A DNA stretch of 62,134 nt, the filler included, from Squatina squatina (Eukaryota): the NCBI GenBank assembly GCA_031763465.1. It is 4 parts of 4 records of this genome, joined end to end, with 100 filler letters (N's around TTAATTAATTAA, not from the genome) between each part and the next. Parts side by side here need not be neighbours in the genome. Positions count along the whole stretch, not along the records: positions 40,353 to 62,134 come from JARFOE010000115.1; 3 more parts are not named here. One strand, given 5' to 3'. Shown here one piece after another: positions 47,661 through 60,934 of this stretch. Both the position numbers and the translations under genes were made by a program. A model generated the notes under the pieces. That model did not search any database and had not been told where the DNA came from. It saw only the letters and a program-made list of their open reading frames with translations. Within the stretch, counting starts at the first letter, position 1, and each line of letters opens with the position of its first letter.

Positions 47661-50197
47661 GAAAAATGCTCTCATTAAGTAGTGAAGATACCTTTATATG
47701 TGCAGACATATCATATTTGACACTTTGATATACACAAACCAACAACCTCCCATTACTGTCCTTCATTCTTCTGACCTTCCTTCCTTATACAGCAAGTGCT
47801 TCTACTATGTGTGACAGGAGATTGTAATCATACAATTAGGGCTCCTTTACTGAAAACTTCATTAGATTTGTCCACTTCACTTCCTAAGTCCCAAATCAAA
47901 ATTAAGAAATTCCGTGTACAGATTTGATCCGTTAAAGGGGAAGCAGGTTAGGAACAATAATTGTCGTGACAGTTCAAAGCTTGGCTCCCAAACCTTTGCA
48001 TTTCTCACAGTGAGAATATTTCTTAAAGCGTGGGTTAATTAAAAAGCTAAAATCAGGCGACTGGAACAGGGACCTGAGGAACAGGCCCACCGGCTTCTGA
48101 GCACGTGCAGGTTTCCATCTGCCTGTCCAATGAAAGCTGCATTTAGTGGGGTGGCAGGACCACTGCTCCCACTGCCCCCCCACCCCCCTCAGCATGCAGC
48201 TCTCACATGACGAGCAACAACAGGCCTACCCGGCAGGTGGCCTCAGTGAATTCAACAAGCGAACTCTGGAGGTTGCATCATGGGTTGCCAACCCTCCAGG
48301 GTTGTCCGGGAGTCTCCAGGACTGAAAGATAAACCCCCTGGACACTTTTACGATGCAAGAAAAATCATAGGGGCATTAAAAAAAATGTTTTCTATTTTGT
48401 TTGAACTTTATCAATTATNNNNNNNNNNNNNNNNNNNNNNNNNNNNNNNNNNNNNNNNNNNNNNNNNNNNNNNNNNNNNNNNNNNNNNNNNNNNNNNNNN
48501 NNNNNNNNNNNNNNNNNNGACTGTTGCTCTCCTGTTTAAAGTCTCTCTGCTGCGTTGTCCTCTGCCCGTGCTGCTGCAGCCCTCGGATACTGTGGCAGTG
48601 GTGGCTCTGTAGGAACCAGCTCCCCTAAGCTATATTTAACCAGTGCTCTCAGCAAGTCGAGCCTGTCAGCAGCTGTAAACTTTGTAGCAGTTCTCTTTGC
48701 GATAGAACAGCTGAGCTGTTAGGTAGTTACGAAGAGTTACAGCCAGACTGCCACATACTGAGGGAAGAAGGAGCAAAACGCTCAAATCCTTCTGTGGCCT
48801 CCTGCCAAATATTTCATCTGCATACAGGCGCTATTTTAGGTTGCACAGCTTTCCTCTTAATGTCAGCTCGTATTTGATCAGTAAAAATGGACATTGTCCA
48901 CAAACGCAGAACTTCTGGCTCTCTGCATGTGACATCAACAGGCAGTAAGCAAAGACTCCGAATGGCAAAGAATCTTACCAGTTTGGGTGAGTTACATGAA
49001 GAAAAGTGAAATTGTTTCTAGATGACACAGAGCAGTGTGCAAGTGACTTATACCCCACAGAGATAAGGAGCTTGGGACAACCTGTAAGAAAGTCCTTGCA
49101 AAAGAAACCAGTGGGACTGCAATTTATTATTTGGTAGGAGATGAACAAATTATTTGCACTCCATTTGAATTTATTCTACTGCTCCTCTTACCTGTCACTG
49201 TTGTTTTCTTAACACTTAAGACAACAGAAGACTTTGTCCACTCAAACGTGTGCACTGCAACCACCGGTAAAGGGCCATTTCCTGAATATGCCCCACAAGT
49301 GAGCAGCCTCACCCACCGATCACCGATTGGGGAATCACAGACGCCCCACGATTTTCCATTCAATAAGTTTAGGCAGCCCGTGATTTCCCGTTACGCAACT
49401 GGTGGTGGACGGTGCAGGAGCGATCCTGAAACTCTGCCCTTTTAGGGACTGCAAGACTTGAAAATATGAGGCAGGCAGGACAGACCCAGTGATGACAAAC
49501 TCCTTTTGTTTTCCAGAATTTTAGGCTTGTTTAAATGTTGGTNNNNNNNNNNNNNNNNNNNNNNNNNNNNNNNNNNNNNNNNNNNNNNNNNNNNNNNNNN
49601 NNNNNNNNNNNNNNNNNNNNNNNNNNNNNNNNNNNNNNNNNNTCGATAGAGAGATGTATTTCACTCCCATCACTGTCTAAAGAAGCATTTACTAACTCAG
49701 ATCTGAAACAAAGCTTTTCATGTCAAAAATGTTACTTTTTGATACAACAGCGACCTTCCTTTCAAGACGAATCCCAATGGGTCAGCCATTACAGATCAGT
49801 TTATCTGCTTCTCAAATCAGCTCAATTGCTTGCATGCAGCATTTCAAAAGCCTGAGGCAGTTAACCAAATATTCTTGAACCAATGCAGTTAATATGCGAA
49901 TGATTCCCCTTTAGGAGTTTGGGACTATAATCTCCAGACCACCAGCTGTCCTTAGCCATAATTGTATATTTGTTCTACTCTAAGGGCCCAAGACTAAAGA
50001 GATCCATTCAACAAACAGCTAACAGTTACAATTAGGCTTCAAATCTCATTGGTCTAGCTGAAAATTAATACCAGAAGTTTTAATAAAATTTAGTGGAATA
50101 TGTGCGAGACTGAAATATATGAAATAACAGAAGATAAGTTTTATCAGACATTGTAACTCTCATGTGAATAAGTAGAGTCAGAGATTTCTCAGATCTA

Positions 50198-50600
50198 TGG
50201 CCTAGAAATTCCATTGTGCCCGAAAATGGGCACACAGTGGGCCAGGCGCATGTGTCAGTGCACATGATCGCAGGAATCACGTGAAATTGGTGCTGCCAGC
50301 TAATGAGTCAGACATGCAGTCAGCACGACCCACACTCTTCATTGCCTGCGCAAGGATGGGGGCGGGAAATCAGGCTTCATTGGCTTCACTGGCTTCATGT
50401 AAAGGCAGCCAGCATCTCTTAATGGGGAGGTGTAATCTGACTGCAGATCGCAGGGAAACTTTGCAAGTGCAGAGATGGCTGCAAGAGGTTCAGAGAGGGC
50501 ACCCGGGATCTTTGATGCAGTATTGGAGGCCCTAGTCCATGCAGTGAACAGAAGAAGGGAGATCCTGTTGAGGGATCCTGCTGCAAAGGGGCAATGAACT
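50198..50600 (+). mobile_element. Harbinger remnant with Myb/SANT-like ORF start
   Basis: Left end ggcctagaaatt. From 50475 it reads MAARGSERAPGIFDAVLEALVHAVNRRREILL, similar to the ORF at 15771. Confidence 0.55.
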
Positions 50601-50949
50601 AACCTCATGAGGAGCCACTGAATTCAGCAGAGTCCTCAGACAGCAACCTTCAGAGAATTCAGTCAACACTACAAAATTCTGATTCTAAATTCTGGAAATG
50701 AATTATCTCCTCTTCAGAGCAGTAAACATTCCCAAATACCCAGTGTTCCCTTGAGATTGGTTTGAAGTCAACCAGAAATCTACAGACTTTGGGCAGTGTT
50801 TTGGAAGTAGAGAAGTGAGTTGTAATTCTTCAATTAAAAGGAAGAGAGTTATTAGTTACGTAACTGAAGAATCCTCACCATGCTGATCTGATTGTGAGTA
50901 AAGCTGCCTCAGAAATGTGTGTCGACCCATTACCCAAACTCTTCAGTCC

Positions 50950-51212
50950 AAGAAGAAGCACTTTGAGTGTCTTGTGTGTAGCGAAGAACGAACTTCAAAC
51001 TCCTGCACAAGCGTAACCACACCCGACATTAGCTGTACATGTGTCCAGTTTGCAAGAAGCTGTACCGCACTGCCGCCATCCTGATAATACACCAGTGCAT
51101 GCACATGGGTGGAAAGCTGTACAAATACAATATCTGCAGCAAGAAATTTGTCAATTCTTCTGTCATTGGCAACCACCTACGTACTCACACAGCCAAAGAA
51201 AAAACTGCGTGA
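50950..51212 (+). pseudogene. Degenerate C2H2 zinc-finger array (three fingers)
   Basis: KHFECLVCS/..LHKRNHTRH*LYMCPVCKKLYRTAAILIIHQCMHMGGKLYKYNICSKKFVNSSVIGNHLRTHTAKEKTA*. Finger spacing is exact. It carries a stop, a frameshift and a C>Y change. Confidence 0.8.
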
Positions 51213-52433
51213 ATGGGTTCGTACTTTGAAAGAAAGAACGGTGTAGTTATTGATGTAGGTACATTATCTTGGGAAAGGTTTCACATCCTGAGCATTGGCC
51301 TAGGACTCTCAATGGATGAAAAGTGTTTTTGAAAGTGGAAAATAACTTTATAGTCATGTTACCTGTCACTACGTCAAAGACATACAATAGTGTTACTGTC
51401 GGTGTGGTTTTACACAAGCGCAGCTGTTTTGACAAATTGTCAGGAATTACCAGTTGAATGACTTAATTGGAAATAGATTTGGCATCTTCCTTAATGGAAA
51501 GAAATGGTGGTTAAAACCCCAAAGGCTAGAAGATTTTTTCCTCTCTGAATGCAAAAACAACCAACTTTTTGCAGACAAAAGACAAATTAAGAACAAATTA
51601 TATGAGCAGCTCGATGTGAATGAGTAGTCAGCATCACTCACTCATTGCAAGCAATTTGCATTGACATTAAATACCAGCTCGTTAGTTAAGTCTTCACTTT
51701 GTACACTCTCCCACCAAGGTAAACTCGTAGTGAGTGGAATCCCAGAGCCAACTGAACATGAACAACAGCCAGCTTTTGGTGGACTCCCTCTCTTCTCTGG
51801 CTGCGAACTGCATTTCTTGACAAAGTTCCGTCAGATCTGAATTTGGTAAAGATTATCAAATCTGTCTCTGGAAATTTGACAAAGGAGAAAGGCCATTTCA
51901 TGTCATTCATTCACTCTGATGAATCTCCCAAGATTCAGCTGGCCACAACTGAGCATTCTCAGCAAAGTAACTCTTGAATGGCTTGGACTGAATAATGTCA
52001 ATGGGTCTGAAAGGACAGAGAGGAACTATAACCAAACTGCCTTCTGGAAATTATGTCATTTCCATTTCCATTCTCAGGAGTGGGGGAAGATTCTCTGCGT
52101 GCGTTATATATAACACCTTAATTCGGTTTCTAAAGAATGTGGTTATGATTTTGCTTCAAAAAATGCACAGAGGAAACCTTTCCCTACTAAGTACGTCAGC
52201 TGTTTGTTTAATACTGTGCATGAGCCAGGACACCATGAGGCACTCCAGGAGCTGTAATGTTTTTTCTCCCAATTTCCTCTTTGTTACAGATCCATTGTAA
52301 TGCTATAACTCCCACAATCCCCCACACCCACAACTAAATTCCATCACAAGTGGAAAATGAGCAACTTACAAAAAACTGTATTGTTAGCTAAAGCGCACAG
52401 CTGGCATTAATTTCAACATTCAAATTTCAAAAT

Positions 52434-52648
52434 ATCCTGGCCAATATTTATCCCTCAATTAGCATCATTAAAAAGAAACAGATTATCTGGTCATTATCAC
52501 ATTACTGTTTGTGGGAGCTTGCTGTGCACAAATTGGCTGCTGTGTTTCCCATGTTACAACAGTGACTACCCCTCAAAAAGTACTTAATTGGCTGAAAAGC
52601 GCTTTGGGATGTCCTAAAGTCATGAAAGGTGCTATATAAATGCAAGTT
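52434..52648 (+). mobile_element. Deu-domain SINE 3' half
   Basis: tcctggccaatatttatccctcaa...gctatataaatgcaag. Confidence 0.78.
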
Positions 52649-53989
52649 TTTTTAAAAAAATATATCCAAGTGGCAACTTTAATACAATGACTGGTTTTCA
52701 GTACCTATAGAATCATATAAACTACAGTACAGAGGGAGGCCATTCAGCCCATTGGGCCTGTGTTAGTTCTTCAACTGGAGCTACCACTCTAATCCCATTT
52801 CCTTATCCTTCCCTCATATCCTTTTGTATTCTTCATTTTCAAATGCATATCCAATTTCCTGTTAACTGTAACAGCCACAGTCTCCAGCTACTTGTAGTCG
52901 TGCTTTACATGTTCGAATTACTCTGTGAGCAAAAATTTTAGTATATCTTTTGTGTGAAACGCAAGTCAAATTTGAACTCATGTTGATTGGCTAAGAATCA
53001 TGATTGACATTTTGTGGGTGGCTGATGGACAAGTTCATTGGCTGTTGAAGATGGCATCCAATGTTTGATTTATTTTTGTCTCTCTTTAGCACCTGTTCAG
53101 ATGTCACCATTTTCCACAAACACACTGGAGATTGTGAGGGAACCAAAGAGATCTGTACAGATTTTACATACATTAAAAATCTGTTCATATTTAGGTCAGA
53201 ACATTCATTAAGAGCAACAGGAAAGTTCTAGAAAAGAAAACCAAAAAAAAATGTCCTGTTTTCTATGCAAGATATAGCTGATGGCCTATTACTGAATTGT
53301 TTGGCTGAGTTTTGGGATATGCATTTATTGGAACGTGGACTTTATACACAGCAAATACCTTCTGGCTTACATGGGGTAAGTTTTGTTAGTGATTAACTCT
53401 GCTGAGTTACTTAATAGCATCTTATGTGATACCTGAGTAGTTGTGCACTATCTACATGAGAAACCATTTCAGTTCACAAATAATTCTTCACGTGAAATAC
53501 TTTGGTGAGCTGGCCGCTATATAAATGCAAGTGTTACTATATAGCGTCAGCACCTTTTTACATAATTAAGGTCAGCTTCCCAGTCACCATGAAGATTTAT
53601 GCTTTCAGTTTTTGACTATATTACAATCTCCCTTAATTTTGGTAAGCGACTTATTAGTGCTATCATAAGGCTACTCTCATCCATTACCATCTTGCTTAAG
53701 TGTCGAAGTTCAAACCTCGCAGGAAGAGCAAAGTAATACCAGAATCGCAAAGGCTGCAACACCATAGACACGAGCCAAACAAATGCTCGTTCTCCCGTTA
53801 CCAACCCATCCATGTGTAAATCAGGACAGGTCTTACAATAAGACTGAAATATGACAATAGGTCATGAATGGGTCGCCAGCTGTAAGGTTCTATAAACAGT
53901 TAAACAGTTTGCCCTGTTGCAAATAATTGTGATCTTACTTTACTAATCCCTTCAAATTTTCACACATGCTATGCAAGTAAGGTCCATGG

Positions 53990-54315
53990 CCACGTTCCTC
54001 CCTGTCTCTGTAATCTCCTCCAGCCCACAACCCACGAGGATCTCTGCTCTCCTCCAATTCTGGCCTCTTGAGCATCCCTGATTATAATTGCTCTGCCATT
54101 GGTGGCCGTGCCTTCTGTTGCCTAGGCCCTAAGCTCTGGAAATGCCTCACTAAACCACTCCGCCTCTCTACCTCTCACTCCTCCTTGTCAGCTGTGACTC
54201 AGTGGGTAGCAGTCTCACCTCTGAGTCAGAAGGTTGTGGGTTCAAGTCTCACTCCAGAGGCTTGAGCACAAACATTTAGCCTAACACTCCAATGAAGTAC
54301 TGAGGGAGTGCTGCA
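53990..54315 (+). mobile_element. L2-like 3' fragment followed by SINE head
   Basis: IGGRAFCCLGPKLW (L2 ORF2 C-terminus), then a tgactcagtgggtagc...gggttcaagtctcactcc tRNA-like head. Confidence 0.7.
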
Positions 54316-55046
54316 NNNNNNNNNNNNNNNNNNNNNNNNNNNNNNNNNNNNNNNNNNNNNNNNNNNNNNNNNNNNNNNNNNNNNNNNNNNNNNNNNNNNN
54401 NNNNNNNNNNNNNNNGTTCAGCAAGCTCATCCCCCTTTTTCACAGAACCCCATCTACCCATATTTTTAACCACGGATGTATTTACATCCATTTGCTAATG
54501 TTCATAAAGTCGAGACCTTTTCACTAATATTTACGAATGGAGGAAAATACACCCCCAAATCTTGTCTCTTCAACTAATTTTTTCCATCTCCTCCACTGAA
54601 CTTCCATGCTAAATATTTCATGAATCGATCATCTATTAGGTGAAGAAAATTCACAAAAATATTTTCTCATTTCAGAGTCAGGTTTAGTTCCTTTAATAAT
54701 CTGCTACATTCAAGAGTTGATCAGCAAGACAAACACTATTACTACCACACTTAATTACAATAGCTTTGTTAATTAATAACCGTTCACACTTGGTTTAATC
54801 CAGTCAGAATTTAGAAAGATCCATTTCCTGCTTCTAACAAGCAAATGCTGCAGGAACTAGACATGCATTAGCAACAAAGCAGACTCCTAAGCACTTGTGG
54901 TGCCATCTGCTTCTCCAAACACAATGCTCACATTCTTCTTTGTTGGNNNNNNNNNNNNNNNNNNNNNNNNNNNNNNNNNNNNNNNNNNNNNNNNNNNNNN
55001 NNNNNNNNNNNNNNNNNNNNNNNNNNNNNNNNNNNNNNNNNNNNNN

Positions 55047-55937
55047 GACAATACGATCAAGGACTTGAGAGGAAAGGGAGGTTGGAGATGGAGATGGTAG
55101 TTTGCAAGGACAGAGGGGTCAAGGGTGGTTTCTTTTGAGGAGAGGGGTGATGATGGCAGATTTGAAGGACAGAAGGACAGTACTTGAGGAGAGCAAACCG
55201 TCAACATGTCAGCTAACATGAGAGCCAGAAAAGGATGTTGGGTGGTCAAGAGTTTAATGGGAATAGGGTCGAGGAAGCAGGAAGTGGGTCTCGTGGACAC
55301 GATGAGCGTGGAGAGGTCAAGAGGGGAGATCAGAGTGAAACTGGAGAAAGCTGTGAGTTCAGGGCTAGGGCAGGGGGGAACTTCAGAGGAAGTTTGTTCC
55401 AGTGGGCTAGGGGAAGGAAGGGAAGTGGCAGAAGCAGCTGATCAGATGGTCTTAATCTTTGAGACAAAGAAGTCCAGGAGCTCCTTGCACTTGTTCTTGG
55501 AGGGGAGTGTGGAGGAGACAGGGGAGAGGGGTCTAAGACAACGGTTCGCAGTAGAGAATAGAAGCCGGGGGTTATCTTTGAATTCCAGAATGATCCTGGA
55601 ATAACTAGCAGTTTTGGCAGATAAGAGTAGGACCCGATAATGCTTTATGTGGTCCAGCCAGATCTGGCTGTGAATGGCTAAACCAGTTTTCCACCATATC
55701 CGTTCAAGACTGGTCCCTTGGACTTGAGGGAGTGAAGCTGAGGGCCGTACCCTCATCTTCAGCCAGGGTGAGAGCAGTAGATTTAATAGGGACATCAAAG
55801 GTTGTGGTGAGGGTGTGGCTGAGCAGATTGGTAGCTGCAGAAATGTTCTGGTGAATAAAGTGCCAAAGGCTGGACAGTTGGAACTTCATAAGTGCAGTTA
55901 TAAGAGAGTTGGGAGTTTTTTTTCCGGGGTGGACACA
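55047..55937 (-). mobile_element. L2/CR1-clade LINE ORF2 fragment
   Basis: LERIWWKTGLAIH...SAKTASYSRII...CFLDPIP...LANY, homologous to 45101-45705. Confidence 0.8.
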
Positions 55938-56904
55938 GAAGGAAGTAGGGTTGGGTGNNNNNNNNNNNNNNNNNNNNNNNNNNNNNNNNNNNNNNNNNNN
56001 NNNNNNNNNNNNNNNNNNNNNNNNNNNNNNNNNNNNNNNNNNNNNNNNNNNNNNNNNGATGGACCTAATGTGCCCTCTTGCTGGCTGGCTTCCCATCGTT
56101 AACCCTGCATAAATCCAAAGCTATCTCAAAACTCACATTACGTCTATTCATCCATCAGCTCTGTGCTCGCTGACATCCACTGATTCGCAGTCATGCAAAA
56201 CTTTGATTTTAAACTACGCATATGTTTTTTTCCAAAACCTTTCATGTCTTTGCCCCTCCCTATCTCTCTAACCTATTCCAGACCTGCAACACTCCGAGAT
56301 ATCTCCGTTCCCCAAATGTTTGCCTCTTTGTATTCCATAATTTTAATTGCTTCGCCACTGGCAGCTGTACTTTGAGCTTCCTGGTCCCTACGCTCTGGAA
56401 TTCTCTTTCTAAACCTCTTCGCCGGTCCAAAGTTCTTTGTTCCTTCACTTAGCTCCCCAAATACCTACATATTTGTTTAAGATTTTGGTAACTGGCCCGA
56501 ACATCCACTTATGTGCCTCGGTTCAAAGTTGTCTGAAAGTGCTCCTGAGATACTACTAGGGATGCTTGCCTACTTCAAAGGCGCTATGCCATTGTAAGAT
56601 GTTGTTGGTGTTATATTATTGCGGATTTATATGATGAGTTTCAACGTTGTTTTTTTACCATCATTTAATCACTTGAGTGATCAAACGTAAAAGTTTTTAA
56701 ACTTTTCTCAAAATGAATTCATTAACTTTATACTACATGTTATAAAGATGGAGATTCGTGGATCATTTAATTCAAATGTACAACTCCAAATTCGGAATGG
56801 TTATTCCTGCTACGTCGGGAGACGGAGAGATTCATTATTTGTCGATATCCTTCTTGTCTTTGCTTCTTGTCTGTCTTCGCAGTCTCCTCCCCGATTGAAT
56901 AATG

Positions 56905-57495
56905 GGACTAAAATGTGACAAATCCCCTGGACCTGATGGCCGACAACCTGGGGTTCGAATATATGTGTCTGCATAAATAGTGGATGCGGTGTTTGTGATC
57001 TTCCAAAATTCCCCAGATTCTCGCATCGTCCCAGCCGATTGGAAGAATAAAACTATAAATCTGAAAGGAGGGAGAGAGAAGACAGGGAACTACAGGCCAG
57101 TTAGCCTGACATCACATTCGGGAAAATGCTGGAGTCCATTGTTAACGACGTGGTAACAGGGCACTTAGATAATCATCGTGTGATTAGGCAGCGTCAGCAG
57201 GGTTTTATGAAAAGGGACATTGTGTTTGGCATATTTATTGGAGTTTTTTGAGAATGTAAATAGCAGGTTAAATAACGCGGAATCATTGGACACTTTACAG
57301 TTGGATGTCCAAAAGGCTTTCAATCATGTGCCACTTAAAAGTTTGCTGTGCAGATAAGGTCCCATGCGATTGGCGGTAATACATTTGCATGTAATGCGGT
57401 TTGGTTATCAGGCGGAAAGAAGATAATAGTTACAAGCTAGTAATTTTCCGGTGAGCAGGCTGCAAGTAGTGAAGTTCCTCAATGCTCAGTGCACA
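56905..57495 (+). mobile_element. CR1-like RT fragment
   Basis: KSPGPDG...GNYRPVSLTS...SQQGF...DVQKAF remnants. Confidence 0.75.
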
Positions 57496-58533
57496 GCAGG
57501 TTAACATGAACGATTCACTCCCATCTCCAATCTAATGCCCGTGTGTAGCTCTATGAAAATTACTGCACATGTACAGTGCACAATGGGGAATCAGTCCCGT
57601 CTGATGCTGTAGTCTTTCTGCAACTTACTCTCAACTCCTGCACATATACAGTACGCAGCTGATTAAAGGGAACGATTCATTCCATTCTGTTACTGTTCAG
57701 AACATGTGTGTCTCAGTATAAAATCCTCTTAATACTGTAAACAGCAGATAATTCATCATGAGTGAGAGCGAAGGAGAAGTCAAGCTGGAGAAGAACTGCA
57801 GAGAAGGATAGAGAGAGAGAGAGAACAGAAGGGACGACAGCTGAGGGAGGGATTCAAGGAGAGGAAGTTGAGATGAGAGAGTGAGTGAGATCTTACGGAA
57901 TGAAAACGCTCTGACAATGTGTTATGAACCTTGAATCGATCTGCATACACAGCAAATGCTGGTTCACTCAGTAGGTCAGGCAGCATCTGTCGAGAGAATG
58001 CAAATCAGTTCTCGTTTCAGGTATAGACCCTTCCTCAGAGCTGGGCTCCTCAGAGAGGTCTATATCTGAAACGTGAACTGGTTTGTGTTCTCACAATAGA
58101 TGCTTCCAACCTGCTGAGTGTTTCCAGCGCTTTTTGTTTATGTTTTTGTTTCAGATTTTCAACAACATTTTGCTTTTTGTTCGAAAATACAGGGACTGTG
58201 TGTTACAGCCCTAAACACAAGACGACTCCCCATTCCATCTTGCCAAATTTGAGACTGAATGGATGATACTCTATTTTAATTAATCTTGACTGCAACAGGT
58301 GAGAATGTTGCTCTGAGAAAGAAAAGACTGTCTGACTATTACCATTTGAGTTTAACCTTGACCTCTGAAGATTCGAGGTGAAAAGGAGCAATGCTGCAGC
58401 CGACAAAATGCAATGGGGAGGTTTACTATGTCTAGATTTAAAAGGCAATTCAAAAACATCTGTTGCAACTTTCTACAAAGATGGAGAGAAAGCTTTTCCA
58501 CTAAAGTGCCATTGTGATTACTTTCTCTTTCAG

Positions 58534-58679
58534 ACCAAAGCTCCATTTTCATCAGAATCGGTTAACAGTACTGGTTTTTTGAAAAGCTATACAAGAAGAA
58601 ATCAAGGAAGCGGCTTTTATAAAACTTTGAAAGGAAATGCAACTGGACTCCACATGCTGGGGTCTGGCAAGCAACTAAG
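58534..58679 (+). CDS. SENP6: SENP6 N-terminal exon (146 nt)
   Basis: ctttctctttcag/gtctgt boundaries. Reads ...FLKSYTRRNQGSGFYKTLKGNATGLHMLGSGKQL(S), similar to human [26 protein letters not shown]. Phase matches the next exon. Confidence 0.8.
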
Positions 58680-58884
58680 GTCTGTCAAATTTGTGAACCT
58701 GTTCATGCTCGAGCTTTTCAGGCTGAGCATTAGTGGCTTTTGAAGATTTGATGCTGTACGTTCTCTCACCAGTGCTATTCTATTACACTCAAAACCTGTT
58801 TATGTGAAGTTGCTTTGATTCAGGATATTAAAGTATATGGGCAAGTCAAAGTAGTGGCTTCATCTCCGATATAACAATAAAGAA

Positions 58885-59150
58885 GTTCATACAGCACAAA
58901 AGGAGGCTATTGTGCCTGTGCCGGCTCTTTGGTAGAGCTCTCCGATTAGTCCCACTTGCCTGCTCTTTCCCCATAGCCCTGTAAATTTTTTCCCCTTCAA
59001 GTATTTATCTAATTCTCGCTTGAAAGTTACCATTGAATAATCTGCCACCATCCTTTCAGGCAGTGCATTCCAGATCATCATAACTTTCTGCAAAAAGAAT
59101 GTTTCCTCATCTCGCCTCTGGTTCTTTTGCCAATCTACTTAAATCTGTCT
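58885..59150 (-). mobile_element. CR1-like LINE 3' end
   Basis: IWNALPERMV...FKRELDKYLK and a CR1 3' UTR. Confidence 0.75.
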
Positions 59151-60241
59151 CATCTGGTTACCGACACTTCAGCTACTGGAAACAGTTTCTAATACACTTT
59201 CACAACTGCATTCCTATAAGTAATTTGGGAGTTTACTTGAGTGGTTTAAAGAGGGCTAGGGTTTGTGTTTGCACTGAACCTGATGTACGTTTAATGCAAG
59301 TTCCCGAAGTAAGCTTATATATTGGGAATATGGCATAAAGAATTTCTTCTTGCATCAAGCTGTAAGGAAGAAGCTTATTGGTTAAATGGCCTTTTTGCAT
59401 TACACACTATTTCAATTTTATTTAAACAAAACAAAAACCTTTGTGCTGGCCATACATTTTCGGAATGAAGTGAAGCATAGTTGGTTGGATGCTGCCCTTT
59501 AAGGTTGGATGTTAAGTGAGTTGGGGTTGCATTCATGAGCTGCACNNNNNNNNNNNNNNNNNNNNNNNNNNNNNNNNNNNNNNNNNNNNNNNNNNNNNNN
59601 NNNNNNNNNNNNNNNNNNNNNNNNNNNNNNNNNNNNNNNNNNNNNNNNNNNNNNNNNNNNNNNNNNNNNNNNNNNNNNNNNNNNNNNNNNNNNNNNNNNN
59701 NNNNNNNNNNNNNNNNNNNNNNNNNNNNNNNNNNNNNNNNNNNNAAAATGCTCAAAGTAATTGAGAAACGTAACGAAAGCTGGGAATGATTCAAAGATAC
59801 AAATACAACTAGAAAAATATAGCCCTGTTCTACTTCATCTTCAGTCTAAAGCTTAAATGTGTATCTTTGGGGGATATGCTGACTGCCCTAAACTTCAACA
59901 GATTATGTTGGACAGCATGCAGTTCTGTTGTTTGACTCAGAGGCTGCACTCTGTGTTGATTTTGATCAACTTATTCACAGAATAGGCTTGTACAAGCTTT
60001 ACACCTTTTTAAATTGCTTATTTGGAACCATTGGTCTCATGATAGTCGTGTGTCAGCCTGTAGATGTTTTCACTCCCCCAAGAAGTTTCTGAAAATGGAG
60101 TTTCCTGCATTCAAAGTCTTCTAAGCTTGTGTCCACCCCTGCCCCCGACCCTGAGTTGCTGCTGTTGCTATTTGTCGGTAGATTGTTAGAATGGCATTTT
60201 TCAGCATAGTGTACTGAGACGCTCAGTTTCTTTGTTTACAG

Positions 60242-60408
60242 TGAAAGTGTGTCAACTGTGACCTCAACACATGCATCAAGCAAGGAGGTTGATAAAAATC
60301 GAAACAAATACTTAGTAATTAGTGGTCATTCGGGTCCAGGAATAGTTGTTCGTGGAAGGCGTTTTCACCATGCCAATGCACAGTCAGTCGTAAAAACAGC
60401 AGCCCAAA
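60242..60408 (+). CDS. SENP6: SENP6 exon (3' end at gap)
   Basis: tttacag acceptor. Reads ...GIVVRGRRFHHANAQSVVKTAAQ, similar to human [24 protein letters not shown]. Confidence 0.85.
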
Positions 60409-60863
60409 NNNNNNNNNNNNNNNNNNNNNNNNNNNNNNNNNNNNNNNNNNNNNNNNNNNNNNNNNNNNNNNNNNNNNNNNNNNNNNNNNNNNNNNNNNNN
60501 NNNNNNNNCATCTCCTTTACCCCAATTGTTTTGGAATTCCAGGAAGCTTCCATGTTGGCAGAAGTTATGAAATGGTTAAGGATCAGACAGAATTTCTTTT
60601 TTTTTTGCATTAGCAATGCCTCTCCCAACTTAATGTGATTAGTCACTTCTGTAAGAGTTGAGTCAGGCTTTAGTGCTGTGGGTGGTTTGCGGGTAGGGTG
60701 GGAGGAGGGGGGGTGGAAAAGAGCTGGAATACAGCTTTTTTTAAAGAATAATGTTTCAATAAATGTAACATTGCCTGTGGGGATTGTGTAGTGGGCTGGA
60801 AAATGTATTCAGTGTTTATTATAAAGACCAGTTCTTACCTTAAAATTCATTGTATGCTTTCAG

Positions 60864-60934
60864 AAAAGAATACCCAGCTGATGTTCAAAGGGTTGCGGTG
60901 GACAGTATTATTTTAATGGAGTCTGATGGAAGAG
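60864..60934 (+). CDS. SENP6: SENP6 short exon (71 nt)
   Basis: tttcag/gtgagt boundaries. Reads KEYPADVQRVAVDS..., similar to human KEYPPHVQKVEIN. Confidence 0.72.
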
